Positions 11,506-22,601 of a DNA stretch of 64,000 nucleotides are shown piece by piece. The DNA is from a phage, in sequence record PZ026127.1; one strand, given 5' to 3'. How positions within the stretch are numbered: position 1 is the stretch's first letter; every line of letters begins with the position of its first letter. The position numbers were made by a program, and so were the translations under genes. Under the pieces are notes generated by a model, which was given only the letters and a program-made list of their open reading frames with translations, searched no databases and was not told the origin of the DNA.

Positions 11506-13761
11506 ATGCAAGTACAAAAAAGTAGTGGTGTATCCCAAGATTTTGACGCACAAAAAATTATTAAAGTTCTGACTTGGGGCTGTGAAGGAACCCAAATCGA
11601 CCCCTATGAATTATACGAAGAAATCAAATCTCATCTTCGTGATGGTATGACTACCAAAGATATCCAAAATCTGACTGTTAAGGTAGCAGCCAACCTTATT
11701 TCAGTTGAAGAGCCTGATTACCAATATGTTGCTGCAAAGCAATTGATGTTTGCACTGCGTAAAGAAGTTTATGGCCAGTTCGAACCACGTAGCTTTATCG
11801 ACCATATTTCCTATTGTGTTAACGAAGGTAAATATGACCCTGAATTGCTGTCTCGATATTCTGCAGAAGAAATTACTTTCTTAGAATCTCATATCAAGCA
11901 TGAACGTGACTTTGAATTGACCTATGCAGGTGCGATGCAGCTGAAAGAGAAATATCTGGTTAAAGATAAGACTACGGGTAAAATCTACGAAACCCCTCAG
12001 TTCGCTATCATGTGTATTGGCATGGCCTTACACCAAGAAGAGCCAGGTAATCGTTTGGCACATATTATTCGTTTTTATGATGCTGTAAGTACCCGTCAGG
12101 TTTCATTACCAACTCCTATTATGGCTGGAGCACGTACACCTACCCGTCAATTTAGTTCTTGTGTGGTTATTGAAGCAGGCGACTCACTGAAATCTATTAA
12201 CAAAACTGCTAACTCAATAATTGAATACATTTCTAAACGTGCAGGTATTGGTATCAACGTTGGTATGATTCGTGCTGAAGGTTCTCGTATTGGCATGGGT
12301 GAAGTCAAACATACTGGCGTTATTCCATTCTGGAAACATTTCCAGACTGCTGTTAAATCATGTTCACAAGGTGGAATCCGTGGCGGCGCTGCTACTGCTT
12401 ATTATCCTATTTGGCATTTGGAAGTTGAAAATCTGCTCGTTCTGAAAAACAACAAAGGCGTAGATGAGAACCGTATTCGTCATATGGACTACGGAATCCA
12501 GATGAACGACCTTATGATGGAACGTTTCGGTAAAAATGATTACATCACGCTGTTTAGTCCTCATGAAATGGGTGGTGAGCTTTATTATTCTTATTTCGAA
12601 GACCAAGACCGTTTCCGTGAATTGTATGAAGCAGCTGAAAAAGACCCTAGTATTCGTAAGAAACGTATTAAAGCACGTGACCTCTTCGAATTGTTCATGA
12701 CCGAACGTTCAGGCACTGCACGAATTTATCCTCAGTTCGTTGATAACACTAACAACTTCACACCATTTATTCGTGAAAAAGCTCCTATTCGACAGAGCAA
12801 CTTGTGTTGTGAAATTGCTATCCCGACTACTGACGTGAATAGTCCGGACGCTGAAATTGGTTTGTGTACGTTGTCTGCATTCGTATTGGATAACTTCGAT
12901 TGGCAGGACCAAGACAAAATCAACGAGCTCGCTGAAGTCCAGGTACGTGCACTTGATAACCTATTGGACTACCAAGATTATCCTGTTCCTGAAGCTCTGA
13001 AGGCCAAGAAACGTCGTAATCTAGGTGTTGGTGTTACTAACTACGCCGCTTGGTTGGCAAGCAACTTTGCTTCTTATGAAGACGCTAATGATTTAACTCA
13101 TGAACTGTTTGAGAGATTACAATATGGACTTATCCGAGCATCAATCAAGTTGGCCGAAGAAAAAGGACCTTGCGAGTATTATTCAGACACTAAATGGTCT
13201 CGAGGCGAATTACCTATCGACTGGTACAATAAAAAGATTGACCAAATCGCAGCCCCTAACTATGTTTGTGACTGGACGTCGTTGCGGGAAGACTTGGCTA
13301 AACATGGCATCCGTAATAGCACATTATCAGCACTTATGCCGTGTGAATCAAGCAGCCAGGTTTCCAACTCTACAAACGGTATCGAACCTCCACGTGGTCC
13401 GGTAAGTATTAAAGAATCTAAAGAAGGTAACTTCCGTCAGGTAGTTCCTAATGTAGAACATAACCAAGGACTCTACGATTACGCTTGGAGCCTCGCTAAG
13501 AAAGGTAATAAACCTTATCTTACCCAAGTGGCAATAGCGTTGAAATGGGTGTGTCAATCAGCATCAGCGAATACATATTACGACCCGCAGATTTTCCCAA
13601 AAGGAAAAGTTCCGATGTCGGTAATGCTTGATGACCTGCTGTATTTCTGGTACTACGGCGGTAAGAACCTTTACTATCATAACACCCGTGATGGCTCTGG
13701 TACTGATGACTACGAAATCGAAACTCCTAAAGCCGACGATTGTGCAGCTTGTAAGCTTTAA
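11506..13761 (+). CDS. nrdA: aerobic ribonucleotide reductase large subunit
   Basis: 751 aa; class Ia RNR alpha motifs (ATP-cone N-terminus, SSCVVIEAGDSL, NLCCEIAIP, C-terminal CAACKL). Confidence 0.95.
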   Translation: MQVQKSSGVSQDFDAQKIIKVLTWGCEGTQIDPYELYEEIKSHLRDGMTTKDIQNLTVKVAANLISVEEPDYQYVAAKQLMFALRKEVYGQFEPRSFIDHISYCVNEGKYDPELLSRYSAEEITFLESHIKHERDFELTYAGAMQLKEKYLVKDKTTGKIYETPQFAIMCIGMALHQEEPGNRLAHIIRFYDAVSTRQVSLPTPIMAGARTPTRQFSSCVVIEAGDSLKSINKTANSIIEYISKRAGIGINVGMIRAEGSRIGMGEVKHTGVIPFWKHFQTAVKSCSQGGIRGGAATAYYPIWHLEVENLLVLKNNKGVDENRIRHMDYGIQMNDLMMERFGKNDYITLFSPHEMGGELYYSYFEDQDRFRELYEAAEKDPSIRKKRIKARDLFELFMTERSGTARIYPQFVDNTNNFTPFIREKAPIRQSNLCCEIAIPTTDVNSPDAEIGLCTLSAFVLDNFDWQDQDKINELAEVQVRALDNLLDYQDYPVPEALKAKKRRNLGVGVTNYAAWLASNFASYEDANDLTHELFERLQYGLIRASIKLAEEKGPCEYYSDTKWSRGELPIDWYNKKIDQIAAPNYVCDWTSLREDLAKHGIRNSTLSALMPCESSSQVSNSTNGIEPPRGPVSIKESKEGNFRQVVPNVEHNQGLYDYAWSLAKKGNKPYLTQVAIALKWVCQSASANTYYDPQIFPKGKVPMSVMLDDLLYFWYYGGKNLYYHNTRDGSGTDDYEIETPKADDCAACKL

Positions 13762-13814
13762 TAAAATCTGATTATAATTGACTCATGGATGAGTCACTAA
13801 CAAATGAGAATAAC

Positions 13815-14993
13815 ATGTCTACAGTTTTTAATACCACCCCAGTTGATGTTTTAGTCGAACCGATGTTCTTTGGTTCAGGATTGGGTATTGCCCGTTATGA
13901 TATCCAACGTCATAAAGTATTCGAAGAGCTTTGTGAAAAGCAGTTGAGTTTTTTCTGGCGTCCAGAAGAAGTCAACTTGATGATGGATGCTGCTCAATTT
14001 AATAAGCTTCCACAATTCCAACAAAATATTTTTACCAATAACCTGAAGTATCAATCACTTCTGGATAGTATCCAAGGACGTGCTCCTTCTGCTGCACTTC
14101 AAGCCTTGATTTCAGACCCTAGCCTTGATACATGGGTGGCTACATGGACCTTTAGTGAGACTATTCACTCTCGTTCATATACCCATATCATGCGTAACCT
14201 CTATACAGACCCGTCAAAGGTATTTGATGAAATTCTGTTAGATGACGCTATTATGAAACGTGCCGAATCTATTGGTCGTTATTACGACGACGTTATTGAG
14301 AAAACTCGCTATTGGCAGAATGCTAAAGCTGATATCGAATACCAAAAAGAAATTAATGCAGACGAAGACGATATTGAAGATGCTATTGAGCATGAGATGT
14401 ATTGGAAGCGTGAGCTAATGAAATCCCTTTACCTTTGCCTTCATGTAATCAACGCATTGGAAGCTATTCGTTTTTATGTATCTTTCGCATGCACCTTTAA
14501 CTTCCATAAAAACATGGAAATCATGGAAGGTAATGCTAAGATTATGAAGTTCATTGCACGTGATGAACAGCTTCACCTTAAAGGTACTCAGTACATTATT
14601 CGTCAACTCCAACTTGGTACTGACGGTGACGAATGGGTTAAAATTGCTCAAGAGTGTGAACAAGAAGCAGTTGATATTTTCATGGAAGTTAACCGTCAAG
14701 AAAAAGAATGGGCTGCTCATCTGTTCAAAGATGGTACTTGCCCTGGATTAAATACTCAGAACATGGGTGCTTTTGTCGATTACCTGACAGTTTCTCGTAT
14801 GAAGCAATGTGGCTTACCGTGTCCTATTACTGATGCTCCTGCCCGCCATCCTTATCCTTGGATTCGCGAATACCTGAACTCTGATGCTGTACAGGCTGCT
14901 CCTCAGGAAGTGGAAATCAGTTCTTACCTTGTAGCACAAATTGATAACGATGTCGATGAAAAAGTAATGGCATCGTACAAGAAATATTTTTAA
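13815..14993 (+). CDS. nrdB: aerobic ribonucleotide reductase small subunit (uninterrupted, no intron)
   Basis: di-iron/tyrosyl-radical R2 motifs (WTFSETIHSRSYTHI, EAIRFYVSFA, ARDEQLHLKGTQYII); start set at MSTVF (13815), track start 13785 possible. Confidence 0.9.
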   Translation: MSTVFNTTPVDVLVEPMFFGSGLGIARYDIQRHKVFEELCEKQLSFFWRPEEVNLMMDAAQFNKLPQFQQNIFTNNLKYQSLLDSIQGRAPSAALQALISDPSLDTWVATWTFSETIHSRSYTHIMRNLYTDPSKVFDEILLDDAIMKRAESIGRYYDDVIEKTRYWQNAKADIEYQKEINADEDDIEDAIEHEMYWKRELMKSLYLCLHVINALEAIRFYVSFACTFNFHKNMEIMEGNAKIMKFIARDEQLHLKGTQYIIRQLQLGTDGDEWVKIAQECEQEAVDIFMEVNRQEKEWAAHLFKDGTCPGLNTQNMGAFVDYLTVSRMKQCGLPCPITDAPARHPYPWIREYLNSDAVQAAPQEVEISSYLVAQIDNDVDEKVMASYKKYF

Positions 14994-14998
14994 GGAAT

Positions 14999-15020
14999 GG
15001 GGCTTCGGCCCCTTATTGCT
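14999..15020 (+). terminator. CUUCGG hairpin after nrdB (weak U-tract)
   Basis: GGGGCTTCGGCCCC then TTATTGCT; the track ATG at 14997 lies inside this hairpin. Confidence 0.5.
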
Positions 15021-15434
15021 ATGAAAGAAATCGCAGACGAATTTAGCTTTATCAAGTACGTCACCCTAGAACTCCAAGATGACGCCAGCATTGCTCCACT
15101 CACAGTACCAAATAAACAAAATGTCATATATGCTATAGCGGTTGATGATATACTAGTCTACATCGGGAAGACTAAAAATCTTCGTAAGCGCATCAACTAC
15201 TACCGAACCGCTATTAATCGTAAGGACCAAACGTCAGATTCGACCAAGTCCATTCTGATTCATGAAGCATTAATGGCAGGTAAAAAGGTAGAGTTCTATG
15301 CACGGCAGTGCTTTAATCTGTCGATGACTAACGAACTTGGAACTATGTCAGTTGAGACCATGTCTCTTGAAGAGCCAATGTTCATAAAGAAATTTAATCC
15401 ACCTTGGAATACCCAACATAGGATAAAGCAATGA
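15021..15434 (+). CDS. denA: endonuclease II (GIY-YIG)
   Basis: 137 aa from MKEIADEF; GIY-YIG core NVIYAIAVDDILVYIGKTKNLRKRINYYRT; follows nrdB as in T4. Confidence 0.88.
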   Translation: MKEIADEFSFIKYVTLELQDDASIAPLTVPNKQNVIYAIAVDDILVYIGKTKNLRKRINYYRTAINRKDQTSDSTKSILIHEALMAGKKVEFYARQCFNLSMTNELGTMSVETMSLEEPMFIKKFNPPWNTQHRIKQ

Positions 15435-16579
15435 TTGAATTATATGATAACTTGATGGCCCTGGTTAAAAACTCGACTAAATCTAAGTTCTTCTTTAAAG
15501 ACTTTCAGAGTGCGCTAGGAGTCAACTATCGCATCTTTAGTTATAACTATGCATCGTACAGTGATTGGTTGGAAGACGGCGCACTAGAGTGCCGAGGCAT
15601 TATGTTTGAAATGGACGAGAACGGTCCAGTACGTATTGCTGCTCGTCCTATGCAAAAGTTCTTTAACCTTGACGAAAACCCTCTGACCATCGGTCTAGAT
15701 TTGTCACCAGAAAATATTGACCTCGTAATGGCTAAGGAAGATGGTTCTCTGATTTCTACATTCATGGACCGACAGTATCTTTCTGTTAAATCTAAAGGCT
15801 CTATCCATTCATCAATGGTGCATGATTCTTTACGGTTCCTTCGTCTCCCTGAGAACGAGGCTTTTGCCGCACGTCTAGAAGAAATCACCAAAGCTGGGTA
15901 TACCTGCAACCTTGAATATGTTGCACCTACCAACCGTATCGTGCTGGCTTACCAAGAAACAAATCTCATCCTGTTGAACGTTCGTAATAATGAAACCGGT
16001 GAATATATTCCATATGCGGAATTGTTTAAGGACGGCGCACTGCGTAAGCATTTGGTTGAAAGCTATGAGCTCGCTGAGGGCGATTTCGTAGAAAACATCC
16101 GTAAGCAGGAAGGCATTGAAGGTTTCATCTTTGTACTGAAAGATGGTACGTTCTTTAAACTCAAAACCGCCTGGTACAGTGCACTGCATCATACCAAAGA
16201 TTCCATTAACAACAACGAACGTTTGTTTGAAGTTGTAGTGGCTGGTGGAACTGATGACCTTCGTGGTCTGTTCAGTACAGATTCCTTTGCTATCGAGAAA
16301 ATCGATGCCTTTGAACGCATCCATTTAGATTACCTAGAACAATCATTAGCCTTGTTAGAAGCAGCTTACTCTCAACTCAAAGGTCGCGACCGTAAAGACT
16401 ATGCCGTTACTGGACAGCTAATCCTTAAGGACTTCCCAGGGTTGTTCTCTATTCTTATGCAGGCGTACGTAGGCGGTATTAATTATGATACGGTCATGGA
16501 CCAGATTAACTCTGTGTTCTTGAAAAATCATAAGGCCCAAATCCCTGAAAAATATTTGAAAGAAATTGTGGTAGAGTAG
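15431..16579 (+). CDS. rnlA: RNA ligase 1
   Basis: 382 aa; YRIFSYNYASYSDWL, ECRGIMFE, KEDGSLIS (ligase lysine motif), FVAPTNRIVLAYQE match T4 Rnl1. Confidence 0.93.
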   Translation: MIELYDNLMALVKNSTKSKFFFKDFQSALGVNYRIFSYNYASYSDWLEDGALECRGIMFEMDENGPVRIAARPMQKFFNLDENPLTIGLDLSPENIDLVMAKEDGSLISTFMDRQYLSVKSKGSIHSSMVHDSLRFLRLPENEAFAARLEEITKAGYTCNLEYVAPTNRIVLAYQETNLILLNVRNNETGEYIPYAELFKDGALRKHLVESYELAEGDFVENIRKQEGIEGFIFVLKDGTFFKLKTAWYSALHHTKDSINNNERLFEVVVAGGTDDLRGLFSTDSFAIEKIDAFERIHLDYLEQSLALLEAAYSQLKGRDRKDYAVTGQLILKDFPGLFSILMQAYVGGINYDTVMDQINSVFLKNHKAQIPEKYLKEIVVE

Positions 16580-16629
16580 TTTACATCTCCTCATGACGTG
16601 TTAGTATAGACTTACCAACTAATGAGGAG
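16579..16629 (+). promoter_or_regulatory. early promoter cassette with flanking inverted repeat
   Basis: GTTTAC, 17 nt, TAGTAT; CTCCTCAT (16587-16594) pairs with ATGAGGAG (16622-16629) around the -10. Confidence 0.55.
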
Positions 16630-16637
16630 AAAACAAA

Positions 16638-17138
16638 ATGAATATGCAAATGATTACTAACGAAATGGTTGTTAAGGCTTTTGGTGACTCTACTGACGGC
16701 ATCCAAGTTTTTAAAGGTTCTCGTGCAGTAGGTTACCTGACCGATCTTCGTGTCACTTTAGCTAAAAATGCTAAAAAGAAAATCAAGCAAAAAGAATACT
16801 CTACCCGTTATGCAGAAGAAAAGCGTGAAGCCATGCCGGAAGCTGTTAACTCTATGGTTGAGTTTCTCCAAAATAACCTTTCCAAGTACGATGCCGAGGT
16901 ATTCATTAATATTAGCCAACCTAATGTTAAAATCTCAGGCATCACTTTCTATTTGATTTGTGACCCATTAAGCGACAAGTTTAATCGCCTTGGCATTTCA
17001 AGTCCTTACCATACTGCTGAAGAATTATGTTTTATGTTTGAAACGTATAAAATTCAGTGTGAAAATCCTAAAACGGTTCTTATTAATTCCCTGTCACGTG
17101 ATGACATCATCGAGATTATTACCAAATGTCTAAATTAA
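16638..17138 (+). CDS. alc: Alc (inhibitor of host transcription on cytosine DNA)
   Basis: 166 aa; similarity to T4 Alc from memory and position after rnlA. Confidence 0.75.
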   Translation: MNMQMITNEMVVKAFGDSTDGIQVFKGSRAVGYLTDLRVTLAKNAKKKIKQKEYSTRYAEEKREAMPEAVNSMVEFLQNNLSKYDAEVFINISQPNVKISGITFYLICDPLSDKFNRLGISSPYHTAEELCFMFETYKIQCENPKTVLINSLSRDDIIEIITKCLN

Positions 17139-17479
17139 GTATTTACCTTTTAGCTGGAGCCATTGCAGTAGGTGCTTATGGTTTTATTTCGTATCAATCA
17201 AGTCGTATTGATACCCTTACTGAAGAACTGAAAACAACCCAGCAAACGGCCAAACAGAATGCCGAAGCCGTAGATGACCTACGTGGCCAATACTCTGATA
17301 TTGAATTCCGTACTACTGAAATGAATGCCCGAATGGATAAAATTAAGGTAGAAAATGAAAAGCTCCGTAAAGATTCGAAGAAGGCGCACGTGGTGGCAAG
17401 TAAGCCAGGATTGGTCGAAAAACAAATCAACAAGTCCTTCGATTCCTTTACAGAAGACTTCAGGAGCATTACAGAATGA
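17126..17479 (+). CDS. pseT.3: i-spanin (Rz-like inner-membrane spanin)
   Basis: 117 aa; N-terminal transmembrane helix IYLLAGAIAVGAYGFISY then coiled-coil; overlaps the downstream lipoprotein gene. Confidence 0.7.
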   Translation: MSKLSIYLLAGAIAVGAYGFISYQSSRIDTLTEELKTTQQTAKQNAEAVDDLRGQYSDIEFRTTEMNARMDKIKVENEKLRKDSKKAHVVASKPGLVEKQINKSFDSFTEDFRSITE

Positions 17480-17766
17480 TTAAATTATCTGTGGTAGTAT
17501 TATCTATTGGCTTGTTAGTTGGATGTGCCCAGGACATCCCTGTAGTGCCTAAGCAACAACTACATCCTTCATGGCCACAACCTATTGCCAAACATAATGT
17601 TAAATGGCAGGTTAAGGTAATCGATGGTAAAGCTTGGGTTGGAATGCCATTTGAAGATTCCCAAGAACATCGTATTTGGTTGAATGACGTAAAAAGATAT
17701 GTACAAGACCAGAAATCTATGTTATGTTATTATCGTTCTGGACTAAAAGAGGAGAAGTGCAAATGA
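17476..17766 (+). CDS. pseT.2: o-spanin (Rz1-like outer-membrane lipoprotein)
   Basis: 96 aa; signal peptide with lipobox LLVGC, Pro-rich mature part. Confidence 0.7.
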   Translation: MIKLSVVVLSIGLLVGCAQDIPVVPKQQLHPSWPQPIAKHNVKWQVKVIDGKAWVGMPFEDSQEHRIWLNDVKRYVQDQKSMLCYYRSGLKEEKCK

Positions 17767-17870
17767 TTGAAGCGTGTACTGATGGATGGGATATCGTTCG
17801 ATTCGGTTTTGTCTGCTTTTGTTTTGGAATTCTGATTAGTATATGTATTGGCGGTCTTTTCGGAAAGTAG
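17763..17870 (+). CDS. possible 35-aa membrane peptide
   Basis: ATG overlaps o-spanin stop (ATGA); MIEACTDGWDIVRFGFVCFCFGILISICIGGLFGK is hydrophobic; below the ORF-track length cutoff. Confidence 0.3.
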   Translation: MIEACTDGWDIVRFGFVCFCFGILISICIGGLFGK

Positions 17871-17899
17871 TTTACAAACTCATGGGAGCAGAGTATAAT
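17870..17899 (+). promoter_or_regulatory. early promoter cassette
   Basis: GTTTAC, 18 nt, TATAAT; -10 inside stem-loop GGGAGCA/TGCTCC. Confidence 0.55.
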
Positions 17900-17933
17900 G
17901 CTCCTACGGATTATAAAAATCGAGGAAATTATT

Positions 17934-18412
17934 ATGACTTTACGTGATAACAGTTTTGTGGCTAAGCCTGAATACATTTCAGGCGTTAAATCTCCTGTAT
18001 TACAAAAGCTCTTAAAATTAGGGTCCTGTGCAAGTACACCAATTGAAAAGAAGGCAACTTTCGATTTTGCTTGGGCTATGGTAGACGGTATTGATGTAGT
18101 AAGACAGGTATCTTTTTATGCTCCAGGGTCTATTGAGCCTTCGCAGATTATTAATTTGAATGGAAGTAATTATATTACCGTCCAACAGTGGTATCGTATG
18201 ATGCGCCCGGTTTGGGAATACCCTGAATTCATTGAAGAGTACAATGAAAAAGAACGTATTCGCGAGCTAGTAAAAAGTTTTGAATATGCGGCTAAACGCC
18301 ATGGACAAATGCAATCCGCAGTAACCCTCGGTGATGTTCCTGAAAGTGTTGCTTACGAATCAGGTAAAACCCTTAAAACTTGCCGTGAAGAACTTTATAA
18401 GGAACTTGGTGT

Positions 18413-18416
<4 letters not shown>
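17934..18416 (+). CDS. hypothetical protein (160 aa)
   Basis: ATG 17934 after CGAGGAAA Shine-Dalgarno; track start 17898 lies inside the -10. Confidence 0.6.
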
Positions 18417-19616
<1,200 letters not shown>

Positions 19617-19617
<1 letters not shown>

Positions 19618-19814
19618 TGAATAATATCGAAAAGATTTTTCGTACAATCGAAGAAATTGAAAAACGTAAATGCTTTTTCTTCGGTGTATGGCCTTTAACT
19701 GATGGACGTATTGGCCTGGATGTTATGGACTATAAAGATGAAGACAAGGTCGATGGTGGTATTTTTAAATCCGCTCCTGAACTCCTTGCCTTCTTGGAAG
19801 AACATTATGTATAA
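19617..19814 (+). CDS. hypothetical protein (65 aa)
   Basis: ATG overlaps pseT stop (TAATG). Confidence 0.45.
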
Positions 19815-20022
19815 CAAACACCACGAAGTTGAAGAAGAAGCTTATAAAGAGCTTCAGAAACTGGTAGGTCAGAATATGTCTCCTACCCTCATTAACTCAC
19901 TAGCAGCCCTTCGTAATGACCTCAATGAACGTTACAAAGGCGAGTACTATGTTGAGTTCGTTCCTCTGACTGAAGTCGTTGACCGGTTTATTGTTAACGT
20001 GAAGGTCCATACAGTACACTGA
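19807..20022 (+). CDS. hypothetical protein (71 aa)
   Basis: ATG 19807; the longer 19702 track ORF is an extension. Confidence 0.45.
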   Translation: MYNKHHEVEEEAYKELQKLVGQNMSPTLINSLAALRNDLNERYKGEYYVEFVPLTEVVDRFIVNVKVHTVH

Positions 20023-20029
20023 GGTAATT

Positions 20030-20308
20030 ATGTTCCCTACTTATTCTGAAATTGTTAAAGTAGTTTTTAGTCAGATTGTATCTGATTACCTATACGAACC
20101 CGTCGACACGTCGACTGAACTAAAGGTGCATGGTCGTTTGTCTGCTATTCTGGAAATCATGTTCCCGGATGCAGTTGATGCAATCACTGTTCAACTCACG
20201 CCTGGTGCAGCAATTGCAATTGTCCCATTTAAAATTGATAACCACATTTTGGCTATTTCATGCAAAATGGACTTCCAGAAACAAACGGTAGTTGTCGAAG
20301 CAATTTAA
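20030..20308 (+). CDS. hypothetical protein (92 aa)
   Basis: ORF with GAGGT Shine-Dalgarno. Confidence 0.55.
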   Translation: MFPTYSEIVKVVFSQIVSDYLYEPVDTSTELKVHGRLSAILEIMFPDAVDAITVQLTPGAAIAIVPFKIDNHILAISCKMDFQKQTVVVEAI

Positions 20309-20310
20309 GT

Positions 20311-20349
20311 GTTTACACTATGGTAGGACTGTGGTATAGTAGTCCTACC
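20311..20349 (+). promoter_or_regulatory. early promoter embedded in stem-loop
   Basis: GTTTAC, 18 nt, TATAGT; stem GGTAGGACT/AGTCCTACC with the -10 in the loop. Confidence 0.6.
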
Positions 20350-20370
20350 GAAACAAATGAGGAAATCGAA

Positions 20371-20925
20371 ATGAGCCAGTTCTTTGAAGAGCGTAAGTTT
20401 TATAAGTTCGTTGGTGAATACACTAAAAACAAATTCACTAATAACGGTGCTTATGGCCTCAATACAGCTTTTGCTAAGTATGTGGGTATGAATCCGTTTG
20501 AAGTTGAAATTGATTACCATAACGGGAAGCCACGTGTAAGCCGAATTCGTGTATATGACGAGATGATGTTTGTCGACCCGAGCAAAATGACAGGTAATCC
20601 TAATGATGCAAATAGTGTTCTTTTTAATTCATCAGGCTTTTTTAGCCATGAATTCGAATACTTTATCGAAGTGGTAGACCCTAAAGAACTGCAGTTAGTT
20701 TTCCAGAACCCTGAAATCAAACCTATTAAAACTCCGGCCGATTGGAAAGTGCTTATTGTTAAAAATGGTAAGATTGAAGTTCATTCTCGCCATAACACAA
20801 AGGAACAAGCCGATCGTCAGGCTGAAGAGCTTTTGACTAATTCGTTCCAACAAGTGTGTTATATTGTTAAAGGCGACGTTACCCAAGCTACCACTACCAA
20901 ACAACTTAAGTTGGAGACCATCTAA
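20371..20925 (+). CDS. hypothetical protein (184 aa)
   Basis: ATG 20371 after AATGAGGAAA; track start 20260 overlaps the promoter. Confidence 0.6.
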   Translation: MSQFFEERKFYKFVGEYTKNKFTNNGAYGLNTAFAKYVGMNPFEVEIDYHNGKPRVSRIRVYDEMMFVDPSKMTGNPNDANSVLFNSSGFFSHEFEYFIEVVDPKELQLVFQNPEIKPIKTPADWKVLIVKNGKIEVHSRHNTKEQADRQAEELLTNSFQQVCYIVKGDVTQATTTKQLKLETI

Positions 20926-21161
20926 TGCTGAGCGAACAACCTATTACTGTAGAGCAGTTCCAAGTTAAAGTTAAAGAATTTGCTCAGGCCCTGATTAATA
21001 AGGTTTCTGTACATTTTCCTGATGCAACTCTGCGAGTAATCCAGGAAACACCACGTGCGGTATTGGTTATAGTTAATCTTAAAAATGGCGGCCAGGTTAC
21101 CCAATTGAAACTTGGTTCTGATGGTCTGGTCGAAGCGCAGCGGGTGTATATTGATGCTTAA
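20925..21161 (+). CDS. hypothetical protein (78 aa)
   Basis: coupled ORF. Confidence 0.5.
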   Translation: MLSEQPITVEQFQVKVKEFAQALINKVSVHFPDATLRVIQETPRAVLVIVNLKNGGQVTQLKLGSDGLVEAQRVYIDA

Positions 21162-21492
21162 TTTAAAACCGGCAGTTAATGCCACCTTACAATCTGACGA
21201 AGACGGAGACCATCGAGGTCTCTCTGAAAAGGCTACTCAGTACATCAAAGACCTTTTTAAACTGAGTGAAGATTTCCAAAGCATCCATACTTCAACATAT
21301 GATGCTGTGCTGGCTACTGTTCTTCCGGTTGAAATTGGTGATCGAATTCCGGCAGCGGTATTTTTCGATAAACAAAAACGCTTCCCAGACGGTTATGGTA
21401 TATTAACCTCACGTGTGAAATCTATCACTAAACTTCGTACCGATTTATATCGTGTCGAAACCAATAATACAGCTTATCTAGTGGTGATGTAA
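21154..21492 (+). CDS. hypothetical protein (112 aa)
   Basis: ATG 21154 overlapping the upstream stop. Confidence 0.5.
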   Translation: MLNLKPAVNATLQSDEDGDHRGLSEKATQYIKDLFKLSEDFQSIHTSTYDAVLATVLPVEIGDRIPAAVFFDKQKRFPDGYGILTSRVKSITKLRTDLYRVETNNTAYLVVM

Positions 21493-22037
21493 TGAAAGCA
21501 AGCACATACCTTCAGATTGCATATCTGATTTCTCAAGAATCAAAATGTTGTTCGTGGAAAGTGGGTGCGGTTATCGAAAAGAATGGTCGCATTATCTCTA
21601 CAGGCTATAACGGTTCGCCTTCTGGTGGTGTTAACTGTTGTGACCATGCTGTGGAACAGGACTGGACCCGTGTTGTGTATGACCCAGCGCGGATGTCGCA
21701 TAAATCTGTTCTTCTTAAAGAACACCGCATGGCTCACGCTGCATGGTCATCTAAAAATGAAATCCATGCTGAACTGAATGCTATTTTGTTTGCAGCTCGT
21801 ACCGGAAGTTCTATTGATGGCGCTACGATGTACGTGACATTATCTCCGTGCGCCGATTGTGCTAAGTCTATTGCGCAGTCTGGAATTAAAACATTGGTTT
21901 ATGCTGAGCTCTATGACCGAAATCCTGAAGGGTGGGACGATATCCTCCGTGAATCAGGCATCGAAGTTATCCAGTATAATCGTACAGGTCTCCGTTCTTT
22001 GAACTGGGAATCAATTCAAAACTATTGCGGTGAATAA
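21492..22037 (+). CDS. cd: dCMP deaminase
   Basis: 181 aa; zinc-binding cytidine/dCMP deaminase motifs HAELNAI and SPCADCA. Confidence 0.9.
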   Translation: MKASTYLQIAYLISQESKCCSWKVGAVIEKNGRIISTGYNGSPSGGVNCCDHAVEQDWTRVVYDPARMSHKSVLLKEHRMAHAAWSSKNEIHAELNAILFAARTGSSIDGATMYVTLSPCADCAKSIAQSGIKTLVYAELYDRNPEGWDDILRESGIEVIQYNRTGLRSLNWESIQNYCGE

Positions 22038-22342
22038 TGAATATTTTATTTGAAAAACCTAAACAAGTGGTTACTGTTGATTACACAGATACATTTATTG
22101 ATGCTCTTCTCCAAAAAGGTATCAAATCTATTAAAGTAGGTCCACTTTATGTTATTGAACAGCTTAAAGGCAATTCTACTGGCGAAATTTCGACTCATTC
22201 TACTAGTGATATCGAATATGTTATCGACCAATTGGTAAATGTAAACCCAGAATTGGTATTAGTCCGTGAAGTTCGTAAAGAAACTCGTGGCGGCGAAACC
22301 AAGTATATTGTCCGCATTGATTATATAAAAATCGAAGGCTAA
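22037..22342 (+). CDS. hypothetical protein (101 aa)
   Basis: coupled ORF after cd. Confidence 0.5.
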   Translation: MNILFEKPKQVVTVDYTDTFIDALLQKGIKSIKVGPLYVIEQLKGNSTGEISTHSTSDIEYVIDQLVNVNPELVLVREVRKETRGGETKYIVRIDYIKIEG

Positions 22343-22365
22343 GCATCCTAATTGAAGGAAACAAA

Positions 22366-22599
22366 ATGAAATTTCGTTTAGTTAAGTTTTCAGGTCTGAA
22401 CTCAAAAGGTGAAAACCTGATAGCTTATTCAGTAGAATATAAAAAGTACTTTTTCTCTCGTTGGAAATCGTACTATAAATCCGAGTGGGTTCGCGCTGAA
22501 ATGAAATATAAAACGGTGCCTATTCTTGATAATTGCCATAGCCTATTAAGAGCTCTAAAAGAGCGTAATGCAACCACTATCAAAACTATTCTGGAATAA
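22366..22599 (+). CDS. hypothetical protein (77 aa)
   Basis: ORF with AGGAAACA Shine-Dalgarno. Confidence 0.5.
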   Translation: MKFRLVKFSGLNSKGENLIAYSVEYKKYFFSRWKSYYKSEWVRAEMKYKTVPILDNCHSLLRALKERNATTIKTILE

Positions 22600-22601
22600 T
22601 T

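Noticed and set aside
12364-13557. Minus-strand ORFs (63-101 aa) inside nrdA
   Set aside because: Antisense to a strongly supported ribonucleotide reductase gene.
14997-15020. ATG at 14997 as the denA start
   Set aside because: It sits inside the GGGGCTTCGGCCCC terminator hairpin; the T4-like N-terminus MKEIADEF begins at 15021.
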